From Candidatus Versatilivorator sp. (lineage in GTDB: Bacteria; Acidobacteriota; Terriglobia; Versatilivoradales; Versatilivoraceae), in the NCBI GenBank assembly GCA_965207735.1, contig OZ242296.1, forward strand, positions 544,001 through 608,000: DNA of 64,000 nt, given 5' to 3'. The notes below the pieces were generated by a model. It saw only the letters and a list, made by a program, of their open reading frames with translations. It made no database searches and was not told the DNA's origin. How positions within the stretch are numbered: the stretch's first letter is position 1; each line of letters starts with the position of its first letter. The position numbers and the translations under genes were made by a program. Positions 22,189 through 32,080 of the stretch are shown here, in pieces.

Positions 22189-23028
22189 TTATCTGCGGGC
22201 CATTTTCTTACGCCACTTTTTTGAAAGACGCTCGGCCTTCTTGACGTCGTTGGCAGTCATCCGTTTTACCAATCGGGTTTTCAGTTCCATTGACTGCTCG
22301 TGAACTTCACGGGTGCGCCAGTTCCGCTTGCTGAACTGGGTCGCCAGATGGATCCAGGCATAAGCCTTCAGTTCGTCTTGATCGAGACCTTCCCCTTTGA
22401 GATAAGCCACGCCCAGGTTATGCATGGCCTGGGGTAGTCCCCGCTGAGCTGCTTTCTGGAACCACTTGACGGCTTCCAGTTTGTCCAGGGCGACACCTCG
22501 ACCTTCGCTGTACATCCTGCCCAGGTTGGATTGTGCGTGAGGAACTCCCTGTTCGGCGGCCAGACGATACCAGTAAGCGGCCTGTTGGTCGTCTTTCGCG
22601 AGCCCCTTTCCGTTTTCGTACATGACCCCCAGGTTGTGCTGAGAAACGGCGTTACCTCGCTTGGTCCCCCGGCGAAACCATTCGATGGCCTGGGCATCAT
22701 CCTGGGGAACACCGCGGCCATAGGCGTACCGCAAACCCAGGATGGATTGGGCCAGGCCGTGTCCCTGCTCGGCAGCTTTCCGGAACCACTTCACGGACTC
22801 GGCCTGGTCTCGGGGGACTCCTCGTCCCCAGGCGAACATCCGTCCCAAAAGGACTTGAGCCTCGACATCCCCCTCTTCGGCCAACGAACGGGCAAGCTGG
22901 TAGGCAGTGCCGTACTGGCCTTGATCGTAAGCCTCGGTGGCGACTGAGGATTGGGCCCGGAAGGGGGCCGGGAGGGATATTGCCAGGGAGATGAGTAAGG
23001 TCATGAAGTAGAGTATTCTCAAGCTCAT
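22189..23028 (-). CDS. Secreted Sel1-like repeat protein
   Basis: Signal peptide followed by about 4-5 AQxxLGxxYxxGxGVxxD...W.RKAAEQG repeats; start placed at MSLRILYF. Confidence 0.9.
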   Translation of the reverse strand: MSLRILYFMTLLISLAISLPAPFRAQSSVATEAYDQGQYGTAYQLARSLAEEGDVEAQVLLGRMFAWGRGVPRDQAESVKWFRKAAEQGHGLAQSILGLRYAYGRGVPQDDAQAIEWFRRGTKRGNAVSQHNLGVMYENGKGLAKDDQQAAYWYRLAAEQGVPHAQSNLGRMYSEGRGVALDKLEAVKWFQKAAQRGLPQAMHNLGVAYLKGEGLDQDELKAYAWIHLATQFSKRNWRTREVHEQSMELKTRLVKRMTANDVKKAERLSKKWRKKMARR

Positions 23029-23167
23029 GGCAGGCCTCAATCTCTCAACAACTTGGCTGGAGTGTGAACGAATGAAAGCAAGATTACAAGCAGAAATTCC
23101 GGCATGGCTTTCCCAAAGGGACATGGTCACGCCGGCTTCCTCCCGGGAGTAAAACGCCCGTCCTTTC

Positions 23168-23410
23168 CTTGTCTGAAACAACCCTGTTTCACCCTCGGAT
23201 GATCTGCCCGGCAGGGCAGGGGCTCGGCTTGTCTGAAACAACCGACAAAAGACAAAAGAAAAAGACATTTCCACGAAGGGGCACGAAGAACGACGAAGGG
23301 GCACAAAGGCGCTGAGGTTGGCCGCGACGGGGTGCCAAGGTCGCGAAGGGATGATCGATTTCTGATTGTTTCACTCTATGTATGATCCGCACGGCAGGGC
23401 GGGGGGCCGA
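23168..23410 (+). repeat. Composite intergenic repeat: CACGAAG copy 2 with associated CTGAAACAA and CGGCAGGGC motifs
   Basis: CTTGTCTGAAACAACC at 23168 and 23228; CCACGAAGGGGCACGAAGAACGACGAAGGGGCACAAAGGCGCTGAGGTTG from 23271; CGGCAGGGC near 23209 and 23392; shares long homology with 49833-49931. Confidence 0.85.
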
Positions 23411-23411
23411 C

Positions 23412-25967
23412 TCACCAGGAACGGTTGTGCTGCAGCGAGTTTTCGTTGGAATCGGCTGGGTCTTCCGCCTTCCCCAGCCAGCGTAATCGAACCACCAGCT
23501 TTCTGGGGGATCGTCCGAAGAGATTGTGGAATTGGGGAGAGTCGATGTTGTTGTTGACCAGGTTGTAGTTGGGTCGGTTGGTCACGTTGTCCACGCCGGG
23601 CCGCAGCGACCACTGGTGTCCGAGGAAGGTCAATGTTCTCTGGACGTGTATGTTCAGGTTGAAATGCCTGGGAAGTCGCCAGCTATTGATGCGGCCGACC
23701 TGTTTGCCGTTGTCATCATGGATGCTAAAGGGAAACCCGTCCCGCCATTCGGCAAAAAGGGCCACGGAAGTCTTTTTCCCGATGGGGAAGGATGCCCAGG
23801 ACACCAGTCGGTGGGGCACGTCCCAGGAAGGACGGCCCGAGATGTCGGCAAACAGGACGGGATCGTCGGTATCCAGGTCCAGAGCGGCATTGGAGCGGGC
23901 TCGCGAATAGGTGTAGCTCAGGAACCAGCGGTGGTGCGCCAGGAACAATCTGCTTAGAGAGATCTCTACCGAGTCGTAACTGTTCTGCCTGAAATTCTGC
24001 AATTGATAGTGTATGGTCCGATTCCCGGGAGGGAGGCGATCGTCCTGGACCATTCGGATTGAGACGGGGACCTGCGCATATCCGTTCCGCATCCTCTTGC
24101 GCAAGTAATTGAGGTTGAGATCGGTTCCGTAGGGCAGCTTCTGTTGCCAGCCGGCGCTCAGATTCTGCGTCCTGGGTATGGTGAGCAGGGATCGCTCCAA
24201 AGTGAAGAATCTGACGTTGAGAGGTTGCAGCGCAGTGATGCCGTCCGGGGCGAAGTCCGTAAAGACGGAATATTGATCCCGATGCCGCGTGAAGACCCGG
24301 AAGTAGGTGGTGGCCGGAATCCAGCCAAAGCCGGCCGAAAGCTTGGTGCCATCGAGTCCGACCGGCATGAAGGCCAGACTGAATCTGGGGGTGACAACGC
24401 CGCGGGAAACAATCCGGTCCCAATCCCAGCGCAGCCCCAGCTCCGCCACCAGCCGCGGTTTGATGGCCCACCGGTCCTGCAAATAGGCGGCAGATTCCAG
24501 GTTCCATTCCTTGAATTCACCGCTCCCGCCGAAGGACAGCCTGCTGGACCGGGTTCCGTCCAGGCGGAAGTATTCGATGGCGGTCCGCCGGATGTCCTGG
24601 AAGTATCGTGAATAGTCGAGGTTTGCTCCCACCTTCGTCTGGTGCTGTCCGAGCCAGTCCCAAGGGGGACTGAACAGGTCGGCTCGCCATTGGTCGCGGC
24701 TGCTGATATGCAAGGTATCGATGGCGAAGTTTCCGCCTCTTCCAAAAGAGGTGATGCGGTAGGTTTGGCTGCCCTGAGGTACCTGTCGATTGATCGAACG
24801 GTAGGCCGCATAACCGAACTCCAGGACACTATCGGGGGACAGGACCCATTGATCCTTGAGATTGAAGAAATACCGGCGGGCTCGCCTGTCCAGAGTGGTC
24901 TCCAGCGGGTTCAGAGGGGACAGGCCCGATTTGGGCGCGTTGAGATAGTCCACCACCAGCCCTGAGCTCAAGGTGTGGCGGGGAGTGAGCTTGGCCTGGA
25001 CTCGCAAACTGTTGTTGACGGCCCAGGAGACGTGACGGTCCCGGCCGACCGGTAGCTCGGGGATAATATTTTCTTCGTATAGCAGATCCAGGCTGTTGAA
25101 AAACCAGGCGCGATCCTTGAGGATGGGGCCGGAGAAATTGTGACGGGGTCTCCAGTCGCGGAATCGGAGTCCCCGGGTAAACTCGATGCCGGGAACGAAG
25201 TTGGTGAACCGCTGCTTGAACTGGTCGTCTCCCATTCGGGAATTAAGGACCATGGTGCCGCCGGTTCCCTTGCCGAACTCGGCCGAATAGCGTCCGGAAA
25301 ACAGATCCAGGGACTTGACCGACTCCGCACCCAGCCCCATCTCCAGCTTGCCCGAGGCAGGATCGGACAGGTTGAATCCATCCAGGGCCCAGTTCATCTC
25401 TTGGACCGAGCTTCCATGAAAATGCAAGTCACCCTTGGGATCCCTCAAAACACCCGGCAAGACTGCCGCTGCGCCCTGAATTCGAAGCTTGGTTGAGCGG
25501 GTTACGGGAATGGAGTCGATTTCCCTTTCCTCCAGTGCCTGCGACATGGCGATCTGCTCAACCGACAGATGGTCGTCAGGATAGACGTCGACCGTGATTT
25601 GGGATTCCGCTAAAGAAATGAGCTCGACGTTGACGAGATTGACACCGGTGATCAAATCCAGGGGTTTGTCCTTGATCGGGTAATAGTCGCCATGGGTCGC
25701 CTGGAGGAGATACTCCCCGGCTCGGTCCAGGTTGAAACTGAAGGCGCCCTGTTCATTGGAACGGGTCGTTACCTCCACACCGGGACCGCTGCTGTTCTCG
25801 ATGAGGAAGCTGACTTCCTGGATGGGGTTCATTCCTTGATCGGTGACGGTCCCGCTCACCACCACCTGTCCCATCACCGGGTCCACAAGGCAGAAGAGCA
25901 CAGCTCCAATACTTGCCGTCAGTCGCAGCCGCATGCATCCCCTGGTGACCTGTTTCAGCCTTGTCAT
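23412..25967 (-). CDS. TonB-dependent receptor (Oar-like) with carboxypeptidase-regulatory-like N-terminal domain
   Basis: Signal peptide, VSGTVTDQ...P, plug LPGV...DG...GRYSAEFG, barrel with YLQDRW and GLRWD, NVTNRPN. Confidence 0.85.
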   Translation of the reverse strand: MTRLKQVTRGCMRLRLTASIGAVLFCLVDPVMGQVVVSGTVTDQGMNPIQEVSFLIENSSGPGVEVTTRSNEQGAFSFNLDRAGEYLLQATHGDYYPIKDKPLDLITGVNLVNVELISLAESQITVDVYPDDHLSVEQIAMSQALEEREIDSIPVTRSTKLRIQGAAAVLPGVLRDPKGDLHFHGSSVQEMNWALDGFNLSDPASGKLEMGLGAESVKSLDLFSGRYSAEFGKGTGGTMVLNSRMGDDQFKQRFTNFVPGIEFTRGLRFRDWRPRHNFSGPILKDRAWFFNSLDLLYEENIIPELPVGRDRHVSWAVNNSLRVQAKLTPRHTLSSGLVVDYLNAPKSGLSPLNPLETTLDRRARRYFFNLKDQWVLSPDSVLEFGYAAYRSINRQVPQGSQTYRITSFGRGGNFAIDTLHISSRDQWRADLFSPPWDWLGQHQTKVGANLDYSRYFQDIRRTAIEYFRLDGTRSSRLSFGGSGEFKEWNLESAAYLQDRWAIKPRLVAELGLRWDWDRIVSRGVVTPRFSLAFMPVGLDGTKLSAGFGWIPATTYFRVFTRHRDQYSVFTDFAPDGITALQPLNVRFFTLERSLLTIPRTQNLSAGWQQKLPYGTDLNLNYLRKRMRNGYAQVPVSIRMVQDDRLPPGNRTIHYQLQNFRQNSYDSVEISLSRLFLAHHRWFLSYTYSRARSNAALDLDTDDPVLFADISGRPSWDVPHRLVSWASFPIGKKTSVALFAEWRDGFPFSIHDDNGKQVGRINSWRLPRHFNLNIHVQRTLTFLGHQWSLRPGVDNVTNRPNYNLVNNNIDSPQFHNLFGRSPRKLVVRLRWLGKAEDPADSNENSLQHNRSW

Positions 25968-26072
25968 GAGAAATCCTTCGCTGCCATTGTGAATTGACAG
26001 GCTGTATAACGTCAAACGCGGGTTGGTGCGGCTGGCGGGCCGGATGGCTGCCGGATGCCTGTCTGCGGGCTG

Positions 26073-27542
26073 CTAGAAGGGTTGGCTGTAATAGCCGCGC
26101 TTGGCTCTGACGATGACATTGGGGATGTTGGTCACGATCTTGATCCGGCGAAACTTGCCGTCTCTTGTCTTGTTGGTGGGGCTGTAGGCCAGGCTGTACT
26201 GGCTGTTCAGCTCGGCCGCGATTTTTTGGAAGGCATCGCCAAGGTTGCGGAGGCCCTCGGAGACGTAGAGGGTGCCTCCAGTGACCTGTGCCAACTGTTC
26301 CAGATACTCGCGGCCCTGGTGGTATTCGGCATCGCTTCGGCCGACGCCGGTGGGGACGCGGGGGGAGCGGTTCAGAGGAGGCAGGCGGCGAGCAGTCGGG
26401 CGGCGAGAAGGCACGGGCAATCCGATGGTGCCCCCGCCGGTGGGAAGCCCGACGGTTCCCCCACCGGTCGGCAAGCCGACCGTTCCCCCGCCGGTCGGAA
26501 TGCCTACGGTGCCCCCTCGCCTTCCCAACGGCGGTCTCGGGTTGCGGGACATGGGGCCCGTATCGTACCGGGTGTCGAAAAAGATCGGGTAGATGAGCGT
26601 ATCCGCCTCTTTGGCCAACTCGATGGTTTCATTCGCCGTGGAGGTTGGGCTGGCGGTGTCGACGCCATCGGTGAAGAGCACCATGGCCTTTCGTTCCGGC
26701 CTGAGACGGAGCCTCTGCTGCAGGGCGAGGTAGACGGCTTCATAGAGCTGGGTGGATCCCCCGGTACGAGTTCGTTTGATGGCCCGTTCGGTAGCTCGCT
26801 TGCTGCGGTTGAAGTCACTATCCAGATGCACTTCATCGTCGAATGAGATGACCAGCACCTCGTCTTCGACATGAATCTGATTGATGAAACGAATGGCTTC
26901 GTTCTGGATCTGCGCCAGCTTGTTAACGGTGCTGTAGCTGGTGTCCAGTAGCAGTCCCACGGCGAAGGGGGCGTCCACCGGGGAGAAGTGGGTAATCCGT
27001 TGCTCGACCCTGTCCTCGTAGATCCGGAAGTTGTCCTTCGTCAGGTAGGTCAGGTATCTTCCGTTGGCGTCGGTCACCACCACGTTGACATTGACCAGGT
27101 CCACGTCCACTGAGAGCGTGTAGGGATCAGTCGCCCCGCCTGCCGCGTCTCGCTCCTGCTTCGGGTTGGCGGGTGCATGCCCGGGCGGGGCATCATCGTC
27201 GCGGCCCCTACGGTCCTTCAGGAAAACCTGTGGGTGGCGAGCCACGGCTTCCAGAATCAGCCGGGTGGCTCCCAGTCGTTTCAGGGCCTTCCTGGCCGGT
27301 TTGTCGATGCGGAAGCCGACCTTGCGCTCCGCGATGAGGTAGAGGATCCGATCCTCGGACACCTGTCCCTGCTGTAATTGCTGAATCAGGTGCTTGAGAT
27401 CGTTCCAGGACAATGGCTGGTCGGCTTGGTAGGTCCATAGGGCCGGAACCAACCAGCAGCTGGCAAGAAAGACCAGCAGAAATACCCTGACCGGGCGAGC
27501 CGGACCTGAGCAACTCAGATTTCCACGCATGTAAGCCAGCAT
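26073..27542 (-). CDS. Acidobacterial VWA (VWFA-related) domain protein
   Basis: SVDVDLVNVNVVVTD, LLLDTSYS (MIDAS), TQLYEAV, LFTDGVD, QYSLAYSP, GYY. Confidence 0.9.
   Translation of the reverse strand: MLAYMRGNLSCSGPARPVRVFLLVFLASCWLVPALWTYQADQPLSWNDLKHLIQQLQQGQVSEDRILYLIAERKVGFRIDKPARKALKRLGATRLILEAVARHPQVFLKDRRGRDDDAPPGHAPANPKQERDAAGGATDPYTLSVDVDLVNVNVVVTDANGRYLTYLTKDNFRIYEDRVEQRITHFSPVDAPFAVGLLLDTSYSTVNKLAQIQNEAIRFINQIHVEDEVLVISFDDEVHLDSDFNRSKRATERAIKRTRTGGSTQLYEAVYLALQQRLRLRPERKAMVLFTDGVDTASPTSTANETIELAKEADTLIYPIFFDTRYDTGPMSRNPRPPLGRRGGTVGIPTGGGTVGLPTGGGTVGLPTGGGTIGLPVPSRRPTARRLPPLNRSPRVPTGVGRSDAEYHQGREYLEQLAQVTGGTLYVSEGLRNLGDAFQKIAAELNSQYSLAYSPTNKTRDGKFRRIKIVTNIPNVIVRAKRGYYSQPF
26415..26517 (-). 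repeat. Intragenic 27-bp tandem repeat, about 4 copies, encoding GGGTVGLPT
   Basis: GGTVGIPT-GGGTVGLPT-GGGTVGLPT-GGGTIGLPV in the VWA protein. Confidence 0.85.
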
Positions 27543-27786
27543 ACCCGATTTTCGGATTGAGGAACCAGTCCGCGCATGTGGTTTTCAGCTTTGGATGTCA
27601 ATTGGGGGCAAAACGTTGTGCAGATACTCTGGGCCAGGACCTCCAGGCTCGGAGTTGACGCTGACTGAGGGGGCGGCCGGCCTTCCGGCGACCGACTTCA
27701 ATGTGGTAGTTTACCTGTCTGCCAGGCGAGGCTTCAAGCCGATCCGAAGCGCTACTCGAGTCCCCCTGAATCCTGAGGAATTGACC

Positions 27787-28743
27787 ATGCTCTATCTCTC
27801 CCGTGCCGATGTCGAAGCGGTCGACTTGCCCATGCCCGATATCATCGCTGCCCTGGAAGCCATGTTTGTGGAGAAGGGACAAGGGAAGGTCGAAATGCCT
27901 CCCAAACCGGGCATTCATCCCCAAGAAAATGCCTTTATCCATGCCATGCCCGCCTACATTCCCAGCCTGTCGGCAGCCGGAATCAAGTGGGTTTCGGGGT
28001 ATCCCGGCAATCAGGCCAAGGGTCTTCCCTACATCACCGGGCTTCTGATTCTCAATGACCCCGACACGGGAATTCCCATGGCGGTGATGGATGCTACCTG
28101 GATTACCGCTCAGAGAACGGGCGCCGCTACTGCCGTTGCCGCCAGGCAACTGGCCAGGCCCGATAGCAACACCGCGGGAATCATCGCCTGCGGCGTGCAG
28201 GGGCGCAGCAACCTGGAAGCGCTGGCGTCGGTGTTCGATCTGAGTCATGTCAGAGCATACGATATCCATTCTGAGATCGCTCGGCGCTTTGCCGGGGAGA
28301 TGGGGCCACGGTTGGAGTTGAATATCGAAGTGGTCAGCAGCCCCAGGGAATGCGTTGAGGCCGACCTGGTCGTGACCAGTGGTCCCATCCTCAAGAATCC
28401 CAACCCCGTGATCGAAGCCGGATGGTTGCGACCCGGGGCCTTCGCCAGTGCGGTCGACTTCGATTCCTACTGGCAGGGCGCCGCCGTGGCTGAAGCCGAC
28501 AAACTGGCCACCGATGACACCGAACAAATGGAATATTACCGACGCGAGGGTTATTTCAAACAGACCCCTAGAGCCCATGCCGATCTGGGAGAGATTCTGG
28601 CCGGCAGGAAACCCGGCCGGCAATCGGAGGAGGAAAGAACCTTTTGTGTCAATTTGGGAATCGCCCTGGATGACATGGCCACGGCGATCATCGTTTACCG
28701 GGAAGCCCGAAAGCGGGGACTGGGAATTGAACTGCCGCTCTAG
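27787..28743 (+). CDS. Ornithine cyclodeaminase/mu-crystallin family protein
   Basis: MPPK, HAMPAY, GIKWV, ITAQRTGAATAVAA, GIIACGVQG, GIALDD. Confidence 0.9.
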   Translation: MLYLSRADVEAVDLPMPDIIAALEAMFVEKGQGKVEMPPKPGIHPQENAFIHAMPAYIPSLSAAGIKWVSGYPGNQAKGLPYITGLLILNDPDTGIPMAVMDATWITAQRTGAATAVAARQLARPDSNTAGIIACGVQGRSNLEALASVFDLSHVRAYDIHSEIARRFAGEMGPRLELNIEVVSSPRECVEADLVVTSGPILKNPNPVIEAGWLRPGAFASAVDFDSYWQGAAVAEADKLATDDTEQMEYYRREGYFKQTPRAHADLGEILAGRKPGRQSEEERTFCVNLGIALDDMATAIIVYREARKRGLGIELPL

Positions 28744-28865
28744 CCCGCATTTCTCAGTGCGCCGCTGGTGCCATGACGAGAAGTAGTTTATTTTCAGTAC
28801 TGTGATTGGATCCATGGGAAGAGCTTGCGGGTAACAGACGGCGCTGGGCATGCCCTGGCTTGTCC

Positions 28866-28946
28866 TTTTCCCTTCATCGCGCACATGCTCCCTCGTGCGT
28901 AGTGACCGCTACGCTCTTCGGTCACGAGCACGCGCTGAAGGGAAAA
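28866..28946. repeat. Intergenic nested inverted-repeat element
   Basis: TTTTCCCTTCA...TGAAGGGAAAA (perfect 11 bp) enclosing GCGTAG/CTACGC and GTGACCG/CGGTCAC. Confidence 0.65.
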
Positions 28947-29170
28947 ATCCTGCGCCATGATCATGCCCCCTGGTGAGAAATGCGGGCTAGCGCCCGGAGG
29001 CGCAGTCTGGTCTGGTGGATTCAATTGTTATATAGTACTAGATCCGCGCTGGCAGGTTCGGTACTCCTGCTGGTTGCGTCTCGCCCTGGTTCGACGGGAT
29101 CCTCCTGTCGTCATGGGGCCGGGGAAGGGAGTTCGGCAGCTCTGATTTGAACTCTTTCGACGAGGTCAGA

Positions 29171-29959
29171 ATGGAATCGGCCGGTAGCAGGGAGGTTCTC
29201 TGTCCGGAATTCGGCGCCGAAATAGCGATGCCAGCTCAGTCGGCAGCTCTGCCCGTGTCTCGCCCGGAGGGGTTGCCAACGGATGCCGAACCCGTCTGTC
29301 TCGGTCTCGATCTGGGTTTCCGTGACTATGAAGAAAGCTTGAAGATCCAGGATCGGATTGTCGCACGGAGGAAGAGCGGCTCCTTTCCCGACTGCCTGCT
29401 GTTTGTCGACTATCCCCCCATTATCACTCTGGGAAGGGGAGGGAAGAGAGATCATCTGCTGGCCCGGCCGGAGGAACTCCGAGAGCGGGGGGTCCGTGTT
29501 TACCCTGCCGGTCGCGGGGGAGACATTACCTACCACGGCCCCGGGCAACTGGTGGTCTACCCCGTTTTGGACTTGAGCGCCTGGCATAGGGACATTCACC
29601 GGTACCTGCGCACCCTGGAGCGTTGTCTGGTGGAAACGTTGTCGGACTTCGGGATTCCCTCCGAGACTCTGCCCGGTGTCACCGGAGTCTGGGTTGAGGG
29701 TCGCAAGATAGCGGCAATCGGGGTGCGGACCAGCCGATGGGTTGCCTCCCACGGCTTGGCCTTGAATGTGAACACCGACCTGCGGTATTTCGATTTGATA
29801 GTCCCTTGCGGCCTGGTCGGACGGGGCGTGACTTCCATGGCGGCTCAACTGGGCCGGCCGCTCCAACTGTCGGAAGTTCGCGCCTGCTTCACCGGCCGTT
29901 TCGCGCGGGCGTTCGGACGATCCTTTCGAGTCGCCGAAAGGGAAGAGGCCCGTCATTGA
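29171..29959 (+). CDS. lipB: Lipoyl(octanoyl) transferase (start uncertain)
   Basis: RGGDITYHGPGQLVVYP, KIAAIG, HGLALNV, IVPCGL. Confidence 0.93.
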   Translation: MESAGSREVLCPEFGAEIAMPAQSAALPVSRPEGLPTDAEPVCLGLDLGFRDYEESLKIQDRIVARRKSGSFPDCLLFVDYPPIITLGRGGKRDHLLARPEELRERGVRVYPAGRGGDITYHGPGQLVVYPVLDLSAWHRDIHRYLRTLERCLVETLSDFGIPSETLPGVTGVWVEGRKIAAIGVRTSRWVASHGLALNVNTDLRYFDLIVPCGLVGRGVTSMAAQLGRPLQLSEVRACFTGRFARAFGRSFRVAEREEARH

Positions 29960-30050
29960 ATCCTGACCGTGGGAGCCGGTCTTCCTGGACCGACAGCGAA
30001 GTCGATTCCGACGGTGACGTTTGAGAGGTTGAACAGGGAGAGCTAGATCT

Positions 30051-31076
30051 ATGGTGCCTGACAAAAAGGTTTGCCGGGACATGCTCTACTACATGAAACT
30101 GTCCCGTGAGATCGAGACCAGGATAGAACGAAAGCTTTACCGGCAGGGGAAGATTGTGGGAGGCGTTTACGTTGGAAAGGGGCAGGAAGCGATTTCGGTG
30201 GGCTCCTCCATCCAGTTGGAGCCGGACGATTGCATCTGTCCCTCCCATCGGGACATGGGAGCCTTTCTGATTCGCGGTCTTTCCCTACGAGCGGTGCTGG
30301 GCCAGTACATGGGGCGAAAGACAGGGGTGACAGGGGGCAAGGAAGCCAACATGCACATGGGTGACATGCGCCACAAGATCGTGGCTTTCGTCAGCATGCT
30401 GGCCGACACGGTTCCGGTCGCCGCCGGTATTGCCCTGGCCTACAAGATGCGGCGTCAGCCAAATGTGGTGCTCTGCTATTTTGGGGATGGGGCCACCAGC
30501 CGGGGGGACTGGCACGAAGGGCTGAATCTGGCGGCGGTGCAGAAAGTGCCCGTGGTCTTCCTGTGCAACAATAACCAGTATGCCTACTCCACGCCCTTGG
30601 AAAAGCAAATGCCCATTCAAGATATCTCGGTTCGAGCCCAAGGCTACGACATGCCGGGCGTCACCGTGGATGGGAACGATGTTCTGGCAGTCTATGAGGC
30701 GACCCGGGAGGCCGTGGAGTTGGCACGCAACGGTGGCGGCCCCAGCCTGATCGAATGCAAGACCTTCCGCATGACCGGTCACTCGGCCCACGATGACGCC
30801 AGGTACGTGCCCAAGAAGCTATTCGAAGAGTGGAGCAAGAAGGACCCCATTCTGCGGTGGGAGACCCGCCTCATTCAGGACAAGGTGATGAGCGAACGAG
30901 AGGTAAGGGGAATGGCCACTCGAATTACCCAGGAAGTGGACCAGGCTGTCAGTCTGGCTGAGAGCGACCCGCTCCCGGATCCCAAGGAGACCCTGGAGGG
31001 AGTGTATGCCGATCAGTCGGTCGAGGCTCCACTGGCCTTTGCGGCTTCGTTCTTTTCTCCCGATCGCTGGAGGTAA
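30051..31076 (+). CDS. 2-oxoacid dehydrogenase E1 alpha subunit (TPP-dependent)
   Basis: GQEA, GDGATSRG...NNQYA TPP motif, VDGNDV, RMTGHS. Confidence 0.93.
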   Translation: MVPDKKVCRDMLYYMKLSREIETRIERKLYRQGKIVGGVYVGKGQEAISVGSSIQLEPDDCICPSHRDMGAFLIRGLSLRAVLGQYMGRKTGVTGGKEANMHMGDMRHKIVAFVSMLADTVPVAAGIALAYKMRRQPNVVLCYFGDGATSRGDWHEGLNLAAVQKVPVVFLCNNNQYAYSTPLEKQMPIQDISVRAQGYDMPGVTVDGNDVLAVYEATREAVELARNGGGPSLIECKTFRMTGHSAHDDARYVPKKLFEEWSKKDPILRWETRLIQDKVMSEREVRGMATRITQEVDQAVSLAESDPLPDPKETLEGVYADQSVEAPLAFAASFFSPDRWR

Positions 31077-31079
31077 CGC

Positions 31080-32054
31080 GTGGAAACCACAACCTATGTC
31101 GAAGCCATTCGCCAGGGTCTCTGGGAGGAAATGACTCGAGACGAAGACGTTTTCGTGCTGGGCGAGGACGTCGGAGTCTATGGTGGAGCCTTCAAGGTGA
31201 CGGCCGGCTTTCTGGATCAGTTCGGAGAGGAGCGTGTGATGGACACGCCTCTCTGTGAATCGGCCATTGTGGGGGCGGCCATCGGCGCCGCGCTGATGGG
31301 CATGAGGCCGGTGGCTGAAATGCAGTTCGCCGATTTCATCTCCTGCGCTTTTGACCAGATCACCAATTTCGCCGCCAAATGCCGCTATCGCTGGGGCGCC
31401 GGAGTCCCCCTGGTGATCCGCGGCCCCTCCGGGGGAGGCATTCACGGCGGTCCCTTCCACTCTCAAAATCCGGAGATGTATTTCGTGCATACGCCGGGAT
31501 TGAAGGTGGTGGCTCCGTCGACCGCTTATGACGCCAAGGGACTCATCAAATCGGCCATTCGCGATGAAGACCCCGTCCTCTTTTTCGAACACAAGTATCT
31601 GTATCGCCGCATCAAGGAGGAACTCCCGAGCAGCGAGTACCTGGTTCCCATTGGTCAAGCCGATATCAAGCGGACGGGCGGGGATATTTCAGTAATCACT
31701 TACGGCGCCATGGTCCATAACGCCCTGGAAGCCGCCGGAGTCCTGGCCGGAGATGGCGTCGAGCTGGAAGTGGTCGATCTGCGGACCCTGGTGCCTCTGG
31801 ACAAGGCCGCGGTTCTGGAGTCGGTCAAAAAGACCGGTAAAGTGATCCTGTTGCACGAGGACACTCGTACCGGCGGCTTTGCTGGAGAGCTGGCCGCGGT
31901 CATTGCGGAAGAAGTATTCGAATACCTGGATGGGCCCGTCATGCGCATCACGGCCCCCGATACTCCCATCCCTTACAGCCCTCCTCTGGAAGAGTTCTTT
32001 CTTCCCAAGACCTCGGATGTCGTCAGTGTGGCCAGGCACCTGGCAGCATACTGA
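31080..32054 (+). CDS. 2-oxoacid dehydrogenase E1 beta subunit
   Basis: GEDVG, DTPLCE, EMQFADF, HSQNPE, DLRTLVPLD. Confidence 0.94.
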   Translation: METTTYVEAIRQGLWEEMTRDEDVFVLGEDVGVYGGAFKVTAGFLDQFGEERVMDTPLCESAIVGAAIGAALMGMRPVAEMQFADFISCAFDQITNFAAKCRYRWGAGVPLVIRGPSGGGIHGGPFHSQNPEMYFVHTPGLKVVAPSTAYDAKGLIKSAIRDEDPVLFFEHKYLYRRIKEELPSSEYLVPIGQADIKRTGGDISVITYGAMVHNALEAAGVLAGDGVELEVVDLRTLVPLDKAAVLESVKKTGKVILLHEDTRTGGFAGELAAVIAEEVFEYLDGPVMRITAPDTPIPYSPPLEEFFLPKTSDVVSVARHLAAY

Positions 32055-32080
32055 TTCTGTCATCCAAGTTGGAGAAGCCC

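Noticed and set aside
29020-29040. NrdR box (TATATAGT)
   Set aside because: Only half the consensus matches and no ribonucleotide reductase gene is adjacent; more likely a promoter element
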